Source of the DNA: Alphaproteobacteria bacterium
Lineage (GTDB): Bacteria; Pseudomonadota; Alphaproteobacteria; Bin95
Length of the DNA: 64,000 nt
Direction of reading: 5' to 3'
Assembly: GCA_964291285.2 (NCBI GenBank)
Contig: OZ219787.1
Location: 512,001 to 576,000, forward strand
The notes under the pieces are model-generated. The model worked only from the letters and a program-made list of their open reading frames with translations, did not search any database and was not told the DNA's origin. A program made the translations under genes and the position numbers. Positions within the stretch are counted from its first letter, which is position 1; the number at the start of each line of letters is the position of its first letter. Of the stretch, positions 38,780 to 51,812 are shown piece after piece.

Positions 38780-39042
38780 CGCTCCTCCTCGCTCCGTCGG
38801 CGTTGCAACCTCGACACGACCCGCCCGCACGGAACGCCCGGCTCCTTCCGCCCGCTCCCCTACCCGACGGTCCGCCAGGCTGGATGGAACAATCCACCGC
38901 CGGCGCGCGCCTGCCGGCTGGCGGCACCCGGCAACGGATGCGCCTTTCCAGCTCCGGGTCGAATGCGGAAGCAGGGCGCCCGGATGGCGCCTCCGCCGGA
39001 CGGTCAGGTCATGGCCTCGTTCGGTCCCTCAAGGATTTGTTA

Positions 39043-39057
39043 GCACATATATAGAAC
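39043..39057. promoter_or_regulatory. Possible alphaproteobacterial LexA (SOS) box
   Basis: GCAC-ATATATA-GAAC, one mismatch to GAAC-N7-GAAC, in an AT-rich intergenic patch. Confidence 0.35.
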
Positions 39058-39227
39058 ATTGCGGGATATAGTCAAGGATAAAATAGCGATGAGTCGCCGG
39101 TTGCATCCGCCCCGCCGATGCGGCGTCAACACACTTGACCCTCCCGGCCCCGGCTTGCGACAAGGGGCCATCGACCCGCATCGTCCGGCGGGCCTGTGCG
39201 ATGACTTAGTCAGGGAGCGTCCGCCGC

Positions 39228-40412
39228 GTGCTCGAAGGCAATTATCACTTCACCAGCGAGTCGGTGTCCGAAGGCCATCCGGACAAGATTTGCGACCGGA
39301 TTTCGGACTCGATCGTGGACGCCTTCATGGCCGAGGGCCAACCGGAGCTCAATCGCTGCGGCGTCGAAACGATGGTGACGACCAACCTGATCGTAATCGG
39401 CGGCGAAGTCCGGGGTCCTGCCGCCATCACCCGCGAACGGATGAGCGAGCTCGCGCGCCAGGCCGTGCGCGAGATCGGCTACGAACAGTACACCTTCCAC
39501 TGGCGCGACAGCACCGTGCTCTGCGTGGTCCACAAGCAGTCCGAAGACATTGCAATGGGCGTTGACGGCGCCGGCAACAAGGACGAGGGCGCGGGCGACC
39601 AGGGGCTGATGTTCGGCTACGCCTGCCGCGAGACTCCGGAACTGATGCCGGCTGCAATCCAGTACAGCCACCAGATACTGCACCGGCTCGCCGAGGCCCG
39701 ACGCCGCGGCGACCTGGGCGACGATCTGGGGCCGGACAACAAGAGCCAGGTCACCCTGCTGTACGAGGACGGCCACCCGGTGCGGGCGACCTCGGTCGTG
39801 GTCTCCACACAGCACCACGAGCGGTTCGGCGAGGACCAGGAGGCGGTCAAGCGTATCGTTCGCCCCTTCGTCGAGGACGTGCTGCCGAATGGCTGGATGT
39901 GCCCCGAGGACCGGTTCTTCGTGAATCCGACCGGCAAGTTCATCACCGGCGGGCCCGACGGCGACGCCGGCCTCACCGGACGCAAGATCATCGTCGATAC
40001 CTATGGCGGCGCAGCGCCCCACGGCGGCGGCGCCTTCTCCGGCAAGGACCCGAGCAAGGTGGACCGCTCCGCGGCCTATGCGGCCCGCTATGTCGCCAAG
40101 AACGTCGTCGCGGCGGGTCTCGCGGACAAATGCATCGTGCAGGTGGCCTACGCCATCGGCGTGGCGGACCCCGTTTCCGTGCTGCTCAACACGCAGGGCA
40201 CGGGCCGGGTTCCGGACGAGAAGCTTGCAGACGCCGTGCGGGAAGCCGTCGATCTCAGCCCGCGCGGCATCCGCACGCGCCTGATGCTCAACCGCCCGAT
40301 CTACAAGCGGACCAGTTCCTACGGCCATTTCGGCCGCGAGCCGGACGCAGACGGCGGCTTCTCCTGGGAACGCACCGACCTGGCGAAGGACCTGCAGGCC
40401 GCGCTTACTTGA
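39228..40412 (+). CDS. metK: S-adenosylmethionine synthetase
   Basis: [36 protein letters not shown]. Confidence 0.97.
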   Translation: MLEGNYHFTSESVSEGHPDKICDRISDSIVDAFMAEGQPELNRCGVETMVTTNLIVIGGEVRGPAAITRERMSELARQAVREIGYEQYTFHWRDSTVLCVVHKQSEDIAMGVDGAGNKDEGAGDQGLMFGYACRETPELMPAAIQYSHQILHRLAEARRRGDLGDDLGPDNKSQVTLLYEDGHPVRATSVVVSTQHHERFGEDQEAVKRIVRPFVEDVLPNGWMCPEDRFFVNPTGKFITGGPDGDAGLTGRKIIVDTYGGAAPHGGGAFSGKDPSKVDRSAAYAARYVAKNVVAAGLADKCIVQVAYAIGVADPVSVLLNTQGTGRVPDEKLADAVREAVDLSPRGIRTRLMLNRPIYKRTSSYGHFGREPDADGGFSWERTDLAKDLQAALT

Positions 40413-41110
40413 GCCAGCCGACCGACTACCGCTTCTACGGCCGGCGGCGCGGCCGGCCTCTCAATCCCGGGCGCAAGCGGGCGCTGGAAACGGTCCTGCC
40501 GGCCTTGCGCCTTCCCGACGGGCCGCTCGACCCGGCAACGCTGTTCGGCTTCGACATCGAGGACCTGTGGTTCGAAATCGGTTTCGGGGCCGGCGAGCAT
40601 CTGGCCTGGCAGGCCGCGCGCCGCCCGCGCATCGGCTTTATCGGCGCCGAACCCTATATCAACGGCGTGGCCAGCCTGGCGGCGCGCGCCGACGCGGAAG
40701 GCATCGCCAACCTCCGCATTCATTGCGACGACGCGACCCCGGTGCTGGACAGGCTGCCCGGCAATGCGCTGGGCAGGGTGTTCATCCTGTTTCCCGACCC
40801 CTGGCCGAAGGCGCGGCACCGCCATCGGCGCCTCGTCGCGCGCCCGATGCTGGACCGGCTCGCGCGGACCATGCGGGCGGGCGCGGAACTGCGCCTGGCG
40901 ACGGACCATGAGGACTATCTCGACTGGATGCTGGAACGGCTGACGGCGCACCCCGCATTCGCCTGGATGGCGGCATCCGCCGACGACTGGCGGCAACGCC
41001 CGGCCGACTGGCCGGAAACGCGCTACGAAGCCAAGGCCCGCATGGCGGGCGTCAAATCGACCTATCTGCGTTTCGTCCGCCGCCAAGCCGTTGCGATTCC
41101 GGTTGTCTGA
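40409..41110 (+). CDS. trmB: tRNA (guanine-N7)-methyltransferase
   Basis: [34 protein letters not shown]. Confidence 0.94.
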   Translation: MSQPTDYRFYGRRRGRPLNPGRKRALETVLPALRLPDGPLDPATLFGFDIEDLWFEIGFGAGEHLAWQAARRPRIGFIGAEPYINGVASLAARADAEGIANLRIHCDDATPVLDRLPGNALGRVFILFPDPWPKARHRHRRLVARPMLDRLARTMRAGAELRLATDHEDYLDWMLERLTAHPAFAWMAASADDWRQRPADWPETRYEAKARMAGVKSTYLRFVRRQAVAIPVV

Positions 41111-41258
41111 GGCTATATTCCGCGCGCTTGCCTGCTTGTCGTGGATGCGGGCTGCTCATTCTTGACAGTGGGAAGCGGGTTGGGGGCTTCGGGCCGCCTT
41201 TTTCGTTGGGAGAAGACCGACGGCCGTAACGATTGCCGACAACGCCCCCGCGCAACGC

Positions 41259-41726
41259 GTGGCGGACCTCGTGGCGCCCGCCCTGGAGGGGCTGGGCTAC
41301 GACCTCGTGCGCGTCCGTTTCGTGGGCAGCACGCCGGTGCTGCAGGTCATGGTCGAGCGGCAGGACCGGGCGGGCATGACCGTGGACCACTGCGCCGAGG
41401 CGAGCCGGACGCTTTCGGCCCTGCTCGATATCGAGGACCCGATCCCGCAGGCCTATTCGCTGGAGGTGAGCTCCCCCGGTATCGACAGGCCGCTCACGCG
41501 GCCCGGCGACTTCGAGCGCTTCGCCGGTTTCGAGGCGCGAGTGGAGCTTGAGGACAGCGTTGCCGGCCAGCGCCGGTACCGCGGCCGGCTGGAAGGCCTG
41601 AACGGGGCAACGCTTCGGCTGCAAACCGACACGGGCGAGGCAGCGTTGCCGCTGGCCGCCGTCAAGTCGGCGAAACTGCTGATGACCGACGCGCTGCTTG
41701 CGGCTGCGGCCGAAGGCGCGATTTAG
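41259..41726 (+). CDS. rimP: Ribosome maturation factor RimP (start may be slightly upstream)
   Basis: LGYDLVRV, LDIEDPI, LEVSSPGIDRPL. Confidence 0.93.
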   Translation: MADLVAPALEGLGYDLVRVRFVGSTPVLQVMVERQDRAGMTVDHCAEASRTLSALLDIEDPIPQAYSLEVSSPGIDRPLTRPGDFERFAGFEARVELEDSVAGQRRYRGRLEGLNGATLRLQTDTGEAALPLAAVKSAKLLMTDALLAAAAEGAI

Positions 41727-41747
41727 GAAAGCGAGGGCAACCCCGCC

Positions 41748-43361
41748 ATGGTGAACATTCTCGGCCCCGAACTGCTGCAGATCGCGGATAGCGCGGCGCG
41801 CGAAAAAGGCATCGACCGCGACGAGGTCATCGTTGCCGTGGAACAGGCGATCCAGCGGGCGGGCCGGTCCAAATACGGCCTGGAGCACGATATCCGCGCC
41901 TCCATCGACCGGCAGACCGGGGAAATCCGGCTGGCGCGCTACCGCGAGGTGGTCGAGGACGATGCTGAAATCGAGGACGAATTCGCGCAGATGCCCCTGA
42001 CCCACGCGCAGCGCTACAACGCTTCGGCCAAAGTAGGGGACATGCTGATCGACGACCTGCCGCCGATCGATTTCGGCCGCGTCGCCGCCCAGTCCGCCAA
42101 GCAGGTGATCGTCCAGAAGGTGCGCGAGGCCGAGCGCGCCCGGCAGTACCGGGAGTTCGTCGGGCGGGTCGGCGAGATCGTCAACGGCCTGGTCAAGCGC
42201 AACGAGTTCGGCCATGTGGTCGTCGATCTCGGCCAGGCCGAGGCGGTGCTCCGCAGGGACGAGATCATTCCGCGCGAGCATCCCCGCCGCAATGAGCGGG
42301 TCCGGGCCCTGATCCACGAGGTGCGCGAAGAGACGCGCGGCCCGCAGATCTTCCTGTCGCGCACGCGCAACGAGTTCCTGGTGCGGCTGTTCGCCCAGGA
42401 GGTGCCGGAAATCTACGACGGCATAATTGAAATCCGGGCCGTGGCCCGCGACCCCGGCAGCCGCGCCAAGATCGCGGTGATTTCCAACGACCCGGGCATC
42501 GACCCCGTGGGCGCCTGCGTCGGCATGCGCGGCAGCCGCGTCCAGGCGGTGGTGAGCGAGCTCCACGGCGAAAAGATCGACATCATTCCCTGGTCCGAGG
42601 ACCCGGCGACATTCATCGTCAATGCGCTTGCCCCGGCGGAGGTGGTGAAGGTCGTGCTCGACGAGGAGGACGGGCGCATCGAGGTCGTCGTGCCTGACGA
42701 CCAGTTGAGCCAGGCGATCGGCCGGCGCGGCCAGAATGTCCGCCTGGCAAGCCAGCTTACCGGCTGGTCCATAGACATTCTCACCGAGGCCGAGGAGTCG
42801 GAGCGCCGGCAGGAGGAAATGCGGCAGCGTTCGGCGCTGTTCATCGACGCGCTCGATGTCGATGAGGTCATCGCTCAGCTGCTGGTCAACGAGGGCTTCA
42901 CGACCCTTGAGGAAGTGGCCTATGTCGGCATCGAGGACCTGATGGAGATCGAGGGCTTCGAGGAGGACATCGCGGAGGAATTACAGCGCCGCGCGCAGGA
43001 CTTCCTCGAACAGCAGGCCGCGAGGCTCGATGCCGAGCGCATCGAACTCGGCGTCGCGGACGAACTCGCGGAGCTCGACGGGCTCAACGGCCATATCGTG
43101 GTGGCGCTCGGGCATGCCGGTGTGCTGACGCTGGACGATTTCGCCGACCTTTCGAGCGACGAGCTGCGATTTATCGCAAGCCCGCTGCACGAAGGCCGCG
43201 ACCTCGATGCCATCGCGGCGCTCGAAGAGGAGACGCTCGAAGCCGGTCTTTCGGCGAGCACCCTCGATGTCGAAACGGCGGACACCATGATCATGGCGGC
43301 GCGCGCCCATTGGTTTGACGACGATCCGGCCGGCGACGAGCCGGCCGAAGACCAGTCGTGA
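41748..43361 (+). CDS. nusA: Transcription termination/antitermination factor NusA
   Basis: [45 protein letters not shown]. Confidence 0.97.
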   Translation: MVNILGPELLQIADSAAREKGIDRDEVIVAVEQAIQRAGRSKYGLEHDIRASIDRQTGEIRLARYREVVEDDAEIEDEFAQMPLTHAQRYNASAKVGDMLIDDLPPIDFGRVAAQSAKQVIVQKVREAERARQYREFVGRVGEIVNGLVKRNEFGHVVVDLGQAEAVLRRDEIIPREHPRRNERVRALIHEVREETRGPQIFLSRTRNEFLVRLFAQEVPEIYDGIIEIRAVARDPGSRAKIAVISNDPGIDPVGACVGMRGSRVQAVVSELHGEKIDIIPWSEDPATFIVNALAPAEVVKVVLDEEDGRIEVVVPDDQLSQAIGRRGQNVRLASQLTGWSIDILTEAEESERRQEEMRQRSALFIDALDVDEVIAQLLVNEGFTTLEEVAYVGIEDLMEIEGFEEDIAEELQRRAQDFLEQQAARLDAERIELGVADELAELDGLNGHIVVALGHAGVLTLDDFADLSSDELRFIASPLHEGRDLDAIAALEEETLEAGLSASTLDVETADTMIMAARAHWFDDDPAGDEPAEDQS

Positions 43362-43377
43362 GGAGGCAGGCGGGACC

Positions 43378-43986
43378 GTGGCCAGGGCGGCGACACAGGA
43401 CGACGGCGGCATGCGCCGATGCGTCGCGACACGGCAGAGCCGGCCGCGCCGGGAGCTGATCCGGTTCGTCATCGGGCCCGACGGCGGGCTTGCGCCCGAC
43501 CTCGAGGAGAAATTGCCGGGACGCGGCTATTGGGTCGGAGCCGATCCGGAGAGCCTTGAAGCGGCCCGGTGCGGGCGGGCATTCCAGCGCGCCGCAAGGC
43601 GGCCGCTTTCCGTGCCCGGCGATCTGGAGGCGCGCGTCGAGGCCGGCCTTGCGAAGCGTTGCTGCAGCCTTCTGGGGCTGGCGCGCCGTTCGGGTTTGCT
43701 TGCGGCCGGCTATGAGGGTGCATGCGACTGGCTTCGGGAGGGCCGCGGCGCGGTTCTGGTCGAGGCGCTGGACGGCGCGGAGAACGGGAGGCGGGCGCTG
43801 GCCGGCATGGCGCGGGGCCTGCCCGTCATGTCGGTTTTGACGGCCGCCGAGATGGGCGCGGCAATTGGGCGTGACTTTACGGTCCATGCGGTGCTAGGTC
43901 CGGGGCGGCTGGCGGAGCGGTTCATGCTCGAAGCCGGGCGGCTGGCCGGCTTCCGCAATGGAACGGCGGACGGGAGACAAGGATGA
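43378..43986 (+). CDS. YlxR/DUF448 plus L7Ae-like RNA-binding protein
   Basis: RRCVATR, LIRFV, LPGRG; position between nusA and infB. Confidence 0.88.
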   Translation: MARAATQDDGGMRRCVATRQSRPRRELIRFVIGPDGGLAPDLEEKLPGRGYWVGADPESLEAARCGRAFQRAARRPLSVPGDLEARVEAGLAKRCCSLLGLARRSGLLAAGYEGACDWLREGRGAVLVEALDGAENGRRALAGMARGLPVMSVLTAAEMGAAIGRDFTVHAVLGPGRLAERFMLEAGRLAGFRNGTADGRQG

Positions 43987-46616
43987 CCGAAAGCGGCGAA
44001 CGCGACAGCGGCAAGCTCAGCCTTTCCCGCCCGGGTAAGCTGGAGTTGAAGAAAACGGTAGGGGCCGGAAAGGTTCGCCAGAGCTTTTCCCATGGCCGGT
44101 CAAAGCAGGTGACGGTGGAGGTCAAGCGCAAACGCACGATCATCACCGAAAAGCCGGGCAAGGAGGCCCAGCAGACGGCTGGCGGGCTCAGCACCGAAGA
44201 ACGGGCAGCGCGGGCAAGGGCGCTGCAATCCCGCCCGAAGGCGCCTTCCGCTCCTGCCCCGGCGGCCGAAGCGACGCCGGAGGCAGCTCCGCCTGCTCCT
44301 CCTCCAACGCCGCAGAGTCCGGAGGAAATCCAGGCCGAACAGCGGGCGCGTGAGCTGGCTGATCTCAAGGCCGCCAACGCGGAAGAACAGCGCAAGCAGG
44401 AAGAAATCGAAGCGCGGCGTCAGGAAGAGGAAGAAAAGAAGCGCGCTGCCGAGGAAGCCCGTCGCGATGCGGTGCGCCAGGCGGAGCCGGCGCGCGGCGA
44501 ACGGCATGGCGGCGCCTCCGCCCGCCGCCCTGCCGACGCAGGAGCCCGTCGGGCGCGTCCGGCAGGGCGCACGTCGGCCCGACCGCCCGAAGCCCCGGTT
44601 CCGCCCGTCGAGCTTCCGGGCGGGCGGCGCACCGCGGGACGGGACGAAGAAGACCGCGGCGGGCGGCGGCGCGGCGACAAAAGGCCGGCCGCGCAGCAGC
44701 GCCGGACGGAGCCTCGCCGGCGCGCCGGCAAGCTCACCATCGTCCAGGCGCTCGACGAGGAAGTCGAACAGGAGCGGCAGCGTTCGCTGGCGTCCGTGCG
44801 CCGGGCTCGTGAGCGTGAGCGCCAGCGCCAGGCGTCGGGTGAGGGGCAGCAGTTCATTCAGCGCGAAGTCATCGTGCCCGAATCCATCCTCATCAGCGAA
44901 CTGGCCAACCGGATGGCCACGCGCGCGGTCGACGTGATTCGCGTCCTGATGCAGAACGGCATCCGGGCAATGCCGTCGCAGACAATCGATGCCGATACGG
45001 CCGAACTCGTGGTGGAGGAGTTCGGGCACCGTGTCATTCGCGTCGCGGAAAGCGATGTCGAAGAGGGGCTTTCCGGTCTCCCGGATGACGAAGCCGATCT
45101 CAAGCCGCGTGCGCCGGTGGTGACCGTCATGGGCCATGTCGATCATGGCAAGACTTCGCTTCTCGACGCGCTGCGGCAGACGGATGTGGTCAGCGGCGAG
45201 GCGGGGGGCATCACCCAGCATATCGGCGCATACCGGATACGAACCCCGTCCGGCGCTGACATCACCTTCCTCGATACGCCGGGCCATGAGGCCTTCTCGG
45301 CGATGCGCGCGCGCGGTTCCCGCGCTACCGATATCGTGATCCTGGTGGTCGCTGCCGATGACAGCGTCCAGCCGCAAACAGTCGAGGCCATTGCGCACGC
45401 GAAGGCGGCGGAGGCCCCGATCATCGTCGCCATTAACAAGGTGGACCGGCCGGAAGCCGACGCGCAACGGGTCCGGAACGACCTTCTGCAGCACGAACTC
45501 GTTGCGGAGGAATTCGGCGGCGAGGTGCAAATGGTAGAGGTGTCAGCGACCCGGAAGACCGGTCTTGACGCTCTCGAAGAGGCCATTTTGCTTCAGGCTG
45601 ACGTCATGGAACTCAGGGCAAATCCGGACCGCCGGGCGAGCGGCATTGTCGTCGAGGCGCAGCTGGACCGGGGTCGCGGCGCGGTTGCGACTGTCCTGGT
45701 TCAGAACGGAACGCTCAAGGTAGGCGACATCGTTGTCGCCGGCGCGGAATGGGGCAAGGTCCGCGCCATGGTGGACGACCGGACCGGCCGGGTGAAATCG
45801 GCCGGTCCCTCGGTGCCGGTCGAAGTGCTGGGCCTGTCCGGTCCGCCCGTCGCCGGCGACGAGGTCGTCGTCGTGGACAGCGAGGGGCGCGCCCGCGAGG
45901 TCACCGAATATCGGGAGCGGCGCGACCGGGCAGCGCAGGCGGCCCCGGTCAAGCGCGGTTCGATAGACGATATTTTCAAGAGCCTCGCAGCCGGCAAGAC
46001 CGAGAAGGTGCCGCTCGTCGTGAAGGCGGATGTGCAGGGGTCGGTCGAGGCGATTGTCGGCGCGCTCGCGAAGCTCGGCAGCGACGAAGTGCAGGTCGAT
46101 GTGCTGCATAGCGGCGTGGGCGGAGTCTCGGAAAGCGATGTCACCCTCGCGCATGCGTCGGGCGGCTTCATCATCGGCTTCAATGTCCGCGCCGGGAGCC
46201 CGGCCCGCCTCGCCGCGCAGCAGAATGGCGTCGATATCCGCTACTACTCGATCATCTACGAGTTGATCGACGACATCCGGGAAGCGATGGTCGGCAAGCT
46301 GGCGCCCGAATTGCGTGAACGCCAGATCGGCCAGGCGGACATCCGGGAAGTCTTCAACATCACCCGCGTGGGCAAGGTGGCCGGTTGCCGGGTCATCGAG
46401 GGGGTGGTCCGGCGCGGCGCCGGCGTGCGGCTTCTGCGCGACAATATCGTCATCCACGAGGGCAGACTGGCGACCCTCAAGCGGTTCAAGGAAGAACAGC
46501 GGGAAGTCCGCGAAGGCTTCGAGTGCGGCATGTCGTTCGAGTCCTACCAGGACATTCAGGTCGGCGATGTCATCGAATGCTTCGAAACCGAGGAAGTGCA
46601 ACGCACGCTGCCATGA
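43983..46616 (+). CDS. infB: Translation initiation factor IF-2
   Basis: [31 protein letters not shown]. Confidence 0.97.
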   Translation: MTESGERDSGKLSLSRPGKLELKKTVGAGKVRQSFSHGRSKQVTVEVKRKRTIITEKPGKEAQQTAGGLSTEERAARARALQSRPKAPSAPAPAAEATPEAAPPAPPPTPQSPEEIQAEQRARELADLKAANAEEQRKQEEIEARRQEEEEKKRAAEEARRDAVRQAEPARGERHGGASARRPADAGARRARPAGRTSARPPEAPVPPVELPGGRRTAGRDEEDRGGRRRGDKRPAAQQRRTEPRRRAGKLTIVQALDEEVEQERQRSLASVRRARERERQRQASGEGQQFIQREVIVPESILISELANRMATRAVDVIRVLMQNGIRAMPSQTIDADTAELVVEEFGHRVIRVAESDVEEGLSGLPDDEADLKPRAPVVTVMGHVDHGKTSLLDALRQTDVVSGEAGGITQHIGAYRIRTPSGADITFLDTPGHEAFSAMRARGSRATDIVILVVAADDSVQPQTVEAIAHAKAAEAPIIVAINKVDRPEADAQRVRNDLLQHELVAEEFGGEVQMVEVSATRKTGLDALEEAILLQADVMELRANPDRRASGIVVEAQLDRGRGAVATVLVQNGTLKVGDIVVAGAEWGKVRAMVDDRTGRVKSAGPSVPVEVLGLSGPPVAGDEVVVVDSEGRAREVTEYRERRDRAAQAAPVKRGSIDDIFKSLAAGKTEKVPLVVKADVQGSVEAIVGALAKLGSDEVQVDVLHSGVGGVSESDVTLAHASGGFIIGFNVRAGSPARLAAQQNGVDIRYYSIIYELIDDIREAMVGKLAPELRERQIGQADIREVFNITRVGKVAGCRVIEGVVRRGAGVRLLRDNIVIHEGRLATLKRFKEEQREVREGFECGMSFESYQDIQVGDVIECFETEEVQRTLP

Positions 46617-46981
46617 AGCCGGACCGGAACGGGCCGCGGAGGCTTCGCATGGGCGAGACGGTCCGTCATGCGATGGCCGGCATCCTCGCCCGCGCCTCTT
46701 TTCGCGACCCGGACCTGCAGGCGCTGGACATGGTGACTGTGTCCGAGGTTGTCATGTCGCCCGACCTGAAGCAGGCGACGGCGTTCGTCTCCATGATGGG
46801 ACGCGACGATACCGACGATACGGTCGCGGCGCTCAACCGCGCCGCAGGCCGCATTCGGGGCGAACTGGGCCGCATGCTTGACGCCAAATTCACACCCCGG
46901 CTCCGGTTTCAGCGCGACCGCAGCTTTGAAGAGGCTGACCGGATTGAAGCGCTGATCCGGCGGAATCAGCATGGCTCGTAG
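46613..46981 (+). CDS. rbfA: 30S ribosome-binding factor RbfA
   Basis: [26 protein letters not shown]. Confidence 0.92.
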   Translation: MKPDRNGPRRLRMGETVRHAMAGILARASFRDPDLQALDMVTVSEVVMSPDLKQATAFVSMMGRDDTDDTVAALNRAAGRIRGELGRMLDAKFTPRLRFQRDRSFEEADRIEALIRRNQHGS

Positions 46982-47900
46982 GCGCCAGAAACGACCCGAC
47001 CTCAATGGCTGGATTGTCGTGGACAAGGCCGCCGGGATGACCTCCACCGCGGTCTGCAACCGGATCAAGCGATTGAGCGGAGGCGCCAAGATCGGGCATG
47101 GCGGGGCGTTGGACCCGCTTGCGACCGGGGTGTTGCCCATCGCTCTCGGCCAGGCGACCAAGACGGTCTCCTGGGTCATGGACGGCAGCAAGGTCTATCG
47201 TTTCACTCTGCGCTGGGGCGAGGCCCGCGATACCGACGATGCCGACGGCAGTGTGACGGAAACCAGTGCGGTTCGCCCCGACGACGATGCGATCCGCGGC
47301 GCGTTGCCGGCGTTCACCGGCCGGATCATGCAGGTGCCGCCACGATATTCCGCGGTCAAGATCGGAGGAAAGCGGGCCTACAACCTGGCCCGTGCCGACC
47401 AGGAGCCTGACCTGTCGGCGCGTCCCGCCGAAGTAATCGAACTGCGCCTCGAACGCCGGCTCGACGATGACCGGACGGAATTCACGGCGGAAACCGGCAA
47501 GGGCGTTTATGTCCGCGCCATTGCGCGCGATCTTGCCGCAGCGCTCGGCACGGTCGGACATGTCTCCGCCCTCCGGCGGTTGCGTGTCGGGCCGTTTCGC
47601 GTCGAGGACGCCATTACGCTGGAAGAATTGGAATCTCTGGCCCATATAGGCCCGGAAAGTGTATTCTTGCTGCCGACGGACAGGTCGCTGGCCGACATCC
47701 CGGCTCTGTCCGTCTCGGAGCAGGAGGCCGCTGCGCTCAGGAATGGACAGGCGCTGCGGCTGTTTGGTGCGGGCGATCTTTCGCGGATCGCCGGGTTCTG
47801 TGACGGCATGACGATCCGCGCCCGGATGGGCGAGGATCTGGTCGCTGTAGCCCGGTACGAGTCCGGAACGGTTCGGCCCGTGCGAGTCGTCAATCCGTAG
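46971..47900 (+). CDS. truB: tRNA pseudouridine(55) synthase TruB
   Basis: [38 protein letters not shown]. Confidence 0.95.
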   Translation: MARRRQKRPDLNGWIVVDKAAGMTSTAVCNRIKRLSGGAKIGHGGALDPLATGVLPIALGQATKTVSWVMDGSKVYRFTLRWGEARDTDDADGSVTETSAVRPDDDAIRGALPAFTGRIMQVPPRYSAVKIGGKRAYNLARADQEPDLSARPAEVIELRLERRLDDDRTEFTAETGKGVYVRAIARDLAAALGTVGHVSALRRLRVGPFRVEDAITLEELESLAHIGPESVFLLPTDRSLADIPALSVSEQEAAALRNGQALRLFGAGDLSRIAGFCDGMTIRARMGEDLVAVARYESGTVRPVRVVNP

Positions 47901-47922
47901 CTGCAAGGAACGAGAGCAACAG

Positions 47923-48192
47923 ATGTCGATTACCGCCGCAAGAAAGGCCGAACTCATCCATGAGTTCCGCACGAACAACGATGACACGGGATCGCCGGAG
48001 GTGCAGGTGGCGATCCTGACGGAACGCATCCGAAACCTGACAGAGCACCTCCAGACCCACAAGAAGGACCGCCATTCGCGCCGCGGCCTGCTGGTCATGG
48101 TCGGCCAACGCCGCGGCCTGCTGGACTATCTGCGCAGGAAGGACAACGGGCGCTATCGATCGCTGATCGAACGCCTCGGCCTGCGCCGCTGA
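47923..48192 (+). CDS. rpsO: 30S ribosomal protein S15
   Basis: [28 protein letters not shown]. Confidence 0.98.
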   Translation: MSITAARKAELIHEFRTNNDDTGSPEVQVAILTERIRNLTEHLQTHKKDRHSRRGLLVMVGQRRGLLDYLRRKDNGRYRSLIERLGLRR

Positions 48193-48283
48193 CGACGGGG
48201 ACGCCGGAAGGCCGGCGTCCGAAGGAAAACATGCAAAGGGCCGCACCATCCGGGTTGCGGCCGTGGAAAGGATTGCATCCGAT

Positions 48284-50398
48284 ATGTTCGATATCGTCCG
48301 CAAGGAAATCAACTGGGGCGGACGCCCGCTGGTCCTCGAGACCGGCCGCATCGCCCGCCAAGCCGACGCAGCCGTCATGGCAAGCCTCGGAGAAACGGCG
48401 GTGCTGTGCACTGTGGTCGCGGAGAAGAGCCCGAGAGTCGGGCTCGACTTCTTCCCGCTTACCGTCAACTATCAGGAAAAAACCTATGCTGCCGGCAAGA
48501 TTCCCGGCGGTTTCTTCAAGCGCGAGGCGCGGCCGAGCGAGAAGGAGACGCTGACATCCCGGCTAATCGACCGGCCGATCCGGCCGCTCTTCGCCAAGGG
48601 CTTTCGCAACGAAACCCAAATTGTCTGCACGGTGATGAGCCACGATCTAGAAAACGACCCTGATATCGTGGCGCTCGTCGGCACCTCTGCTGCGCTGACG
48701 CTTTCGGGTATCCCGTTTCTCGGCCCCATTGCCGGCGCCCGGGTCGGCGTCATCGACGGCGAGTTCGTCCTCAATCCCACAACGGAGCAAATGCAGTCTT
48801 CGACCCTGGACCTTGTGGTCGCGGGCACCTCTCAAGGCGTGCTCATGGTGGAGTCGGAAGCGCAGGAACTTCCCGAGCAGCAGATGCTGGATGCCGTGAT
48901 GTTCGGCCATCGGGGTTTTCTGCCGATCATCGACACCATCATCGACATGGCAGAGGAATGCGCCAAAGAGCCGTGGGATCTGCCCGATCCCGAAGCCGGG
49001 ACCGAGGAGGCGAAGGCCAAAGTCTATGAAATGGGTCGCGCGCGTCTGGCGGATGCATACGCCCTTCGCGAGAAGCAGGCCCGTCAGACGGCCATTTCGG
49101 CCGCCAAGACGGAGGCGCTCACCAAGCTGGAAGCAGCCGGCACGGACCCGGCGCTCGCCGCCCCGTTCTTCAAGGACCTTGAGCGCGACATCGTGCGCGG
49201 CGCCATTCTGGACACGAGCAAGCGGATCGACGATCGCGACCTGGAAACGGTGCGCCCCATCGACTGCCAGGTCGGCATCCTGCCTCGTCAGCACGGAAGC
49301 GCGCTGTTCACCCGTGGCGAGACGCAGGCGATCGTGGTCTCCACGCTCGGCACGTCACAGGATGAGCAGATTGTTGATGCGCTGGACGGCGAGTATCGCG
49401 AACACTTCATGCTCCATTACAACTTCCCGCCTTATTCCACCGGCGAGGCGCGGATGCTGCGCGCTCCGGGTCGGCGGGAAATCGGACACGGCAAGCTGGC
49501 CTGGCGTGCCGTCCGCCCTCTGCTGCCGAAGAAGGAGGACTTCCCCTACACCATTCGCGTCGTTTCCGAGATCACGGAATCGAACGGGTCGTCTTCAATG
49601 GCATCGGTCTGCGGCGCATCGCTGTCGCTGATGGATGCCGGTGTTCCGCTGAAGCGTCCGGTCGCCGGCATTGCGATGGGCCTCATCAAGGAAGGCGACC
49701 GGTTTGCGGTGCTCTCGGATATTCTGGGCGATGAGGACCATCTGGGCGACATGGACTTCAAGGTCGCTGGGACCGAGGCCGGCGTGACCTCGCTGCAGAT
49801 GGACATCAAGATCACCTCGATCACCGAGGACATCATGCGCACCGCGCTGGAGCAGGCGCAGCAGGGCCGGATGCATATCCTTGCGGAGATGGCCAGGGCG
49901 CTCGACACGGCCCGCGACGATGTGAGCGACTTCGCGCCGCGCATGACCACCATGTCCATCCCGCGCGACAAGATCCGCGAAGTGATCGGCTCGGGCGGCA
50001 AGGTCATCCGCGAGATCGTGGATACCACCGGCGCCAAGGTCGACATCGACGACGACGGCACGATCAAGGTTTCGTCGGTCGATCCCAGGGCTTCCGAGGC
50101 CGCAATCGAGTGGATCAAGGGCATCGTTGCCGAGCCGGAAGTCGGCGCTATCTATACCGGCAAGGTGGTCAAGATCGTCGATTTCGGAGCCTTCGTGAAC
50201 TTCCTGGGCAGCCGCGACGGGCTCGTCCATATCAGCGAGCTTGCGCCGCAGCGGGTCAAGACCGTCGGCGATGTCGTGGAACAGGGCGACGAGGTGAAGG
50301 TCAAGGTGTTGCGCGTGGACGACCGCGGCAAGGTGAGCCTCTCGATGAAGTCCGTCGACCAGGAGACCGGGGCGGACCTGACGGCAGCAGCGGACTGA
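48284..50398 (+). CDS. pnp: Polyribonucleotide nucleotidyltransferase
   Basis: [45 protein letters not shown] and S1 domains. Confidence 0.97.
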   Translation: MFDIVRKEINWGGRPLVLETGRIARQADAAVMASLGETAVLCTVVAEKSPRVGLDFFPLTVNYQEKTYAAGKIPGGFFKREARPSEKETLTSRLIDRPIRPLFAKGFRNETQIVCTVMSHDLENDPDIVALVGTSAALTLSGIPFLGPIAGARVGVIDGEFVLNPTTEQMQSSTLDLVVAGTSQGVLMVESEAQELPEQQMLDAVMFGHRGFLPIIDTIIDMAEECAKEPWDLPDPEAGTEEAKAKVYEMGRARLADAYALREKQARQTAISAAKTEALTKLEAAGTDPALAAPFFKDLERDIVRGAILDTSKRIDDRDLETVRPIDCQVGILPRQHGSALFTRGETQAIVVSTLGTSQDEQIVDALDGEYREHFMLHYNFPPYSTGEARMLRAPGRREIGHGKLAWRAVRPLLPKKEDFPYTIRVVSEITESNGSSSMASVCGASLSLMDAGVPLKRPVAGIAMGLIKEGDRFAVLSDILGDEDHLGDMDFKVAGTEAGVTSLQMDIKITSITEDIMRTALEQAQQGRMHILAEMARALDTARDDVSDFAPRMTTMSIPRDKIREVIGSGGKVIREIVDTTGAKVDIDDDGTIKVSSVDPRASEAAIEWIKGIVAEPEVGAIYTGKVVKIVDFGAFVNFLGSRDGLVHISELAPQRVKTVGDVVEQGDEVKVKVLRVDDRGKVSLSMKSVDQETGADLTAAAD

Positions 50399-50403
50399 CG
50401 CCG

Positions 50404-51801
50404 ATGGCGGTCGTGCGCCCGGTCCTCTTCTCCGGCCGCGAGGTCTTTCCGCTCATCGAGGGCGGCAAGGGCATTGCGATCTCGAACGGGGAGAGTTCGG
50501 GCGCATGGGCCGCCTGCGGCGGCGTCGGGACATTCTCCGGCGTCAACGCCGACAGCTTCCGCGAAGACGGTTCCGCCATCGCCCAGAACTATTACGGCAA
50601 GACCCGGCGCGAGCGGCATGAGGAACTGCTCGCGCACGCCATCCGGGGCGCGATCCACCAGGCCCGCATCGCGTATGACAGCGCGGGCGGACAGGGCCGC
50701 ATACATATGAACGTGCTCTGGGAGATGGCGGGCGCAGAGCGCGTTCTGAATTCCGTCATGGAAGGCGCCAAGGGCCTGATCCACGGCATTACCTGCGGGG
50801 CCGGAATGCCGTACCGGCTGGCCGAACTCGCAGCGCGTTTCGGCGTCCACTACTACCCGATCATTTCCTCGGCCCGCGCCTTTCGCGCGCTCTGGAAGCG
50901 GGCTTACCGCAAGTTTCCGAACCTGCTTGGCGGCGTGGTCTATGAGGACCCGTGGCTGGCCGGCGGGCACAACGGCCTCTCCAACGTCGAAGACCCGAAC
51001 CGGCCGGAGGACCCCCGTCCGAGGGTCGTGCAGTTGCGCCGGCAGATGACGGAAGTCGGTCTTGCCCACGTTCCGATCATCATGGCCGGCGGCGTCTGGT
51101 GGCTGGATGAGTGGTCCCACTGGATCGAGGACCCGGACATCGCGCCGGTCGCCTTCCAGTTCGGCACCCGGCCTCTGCTGACCCAGGAAAGCCCGATCTC
51201 CGACGAGTGGAAGCACAAGCTGCTGACGCTCCGGGAAGGCGATGTTTTCCTCAACCGCTTCAGCCCGACCGGCTTCTATTCGTCGGCCGTGCGCAATGCC
51301 TTCCTGGACGAACTGCGCGAGCGCGCGGAACACCAGATCGCATTCTCGTCGGAGCCCGTCGGCGGCCACGATGTCGCATTCCCGGTCGGTCCGCGCGGGC
51401 GGGCTGTTTATGTCTCCGGCGACGACAAAGTGCGCGCCGAGGGCTGGATCGGCGCCGGCTTTTCCGAGGCCATGCGCACACCCGATTCGACCCTGGTGTT
51501 CGTGACGCCGGAGCGCCGGCGCCAGATCCTGACGGACCAGATCGAGTGCATGGGATGCCTGTCGGCCTGCCAGTTCAGCAATTGGTCGCAGAACGAGGCG
51601 GGCACGACGGGACGCAAGGCCGACCCCCGCTCCTTCTGCATCCAGAAGACGCTGCAGCAGATCAGCCACGGCGGGTCGGTCGAGGAACAGCTGATGTTCT
51701 CCGGCCACAACGCTTACCGCTTCCGGTCGGACCCCTTCTATGCGAACGGGTTCGTCCCAACCGTCAAGCAGCTGTTCGAACGAATCCTGACCGGCAGGTA
51801 G
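50404..51801 (+). CDS. Nitronate monooxygenase-family flavin oxidoreductase
   Basis: EGGKGI, TCGAGMP, EDPWLAGGHNG, AGG, FQFGT, C-terminal CMGCLSAC. Confidence 0.85.
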   Translation: MAVVRPVLFSGREVFPLIEGGKGIAISNGESSGAWAACGGVGTFSGVNADSFREDGSAIAQNYYGKTRRERHEELLAHAIRGAIHQARIAYDSAGGQGRIHMNVLWEMAGAERVLNSVMEGAKGLIHGITCGAGMPYRLAELAARFGVHYYPIISSARAFRALWKRAYRKFPNLLGGVVYEDPWLAGGHNGLSNVEDPNRPEDPRPRVVQLRRQMTEVGLAHVPIIMAGGVWWLDEWSHWIEDPDIAPVAFQFGTRPLLTQESPISDEWKHKLLTLREGDVFLNRFSPTGFYSSAVRNAFLDELRERAEHQIAFSSEPVGGHDVAFPVGPRGRAVYVSGDDKVRAEGWIGAGFSEAMRTPDSTLVFVTPERRRQILTDQIECMGCLSACQFSNWSQNEAGTTGRKADPRSFCIQKTLQQISHGGSVEEQLMFSGHNAYRFRSDPFYANGFVPTVKQLFERILTGR

Positions 51802-51812
51802 CTGCCGGGACG

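Noticed and set aside
44230-44720. Low-complexity Pro/Ala/Glu/Arg-rich stretch in infB
   Set aside because: Normal variable N-terminal linker of IF-2.
47095-47130. TruB motif GHGGALDP instead of GxGTLDP
   Set aside because: Catalytic Asp is retained and the ORF is intact; a single substitution does not support altered function.
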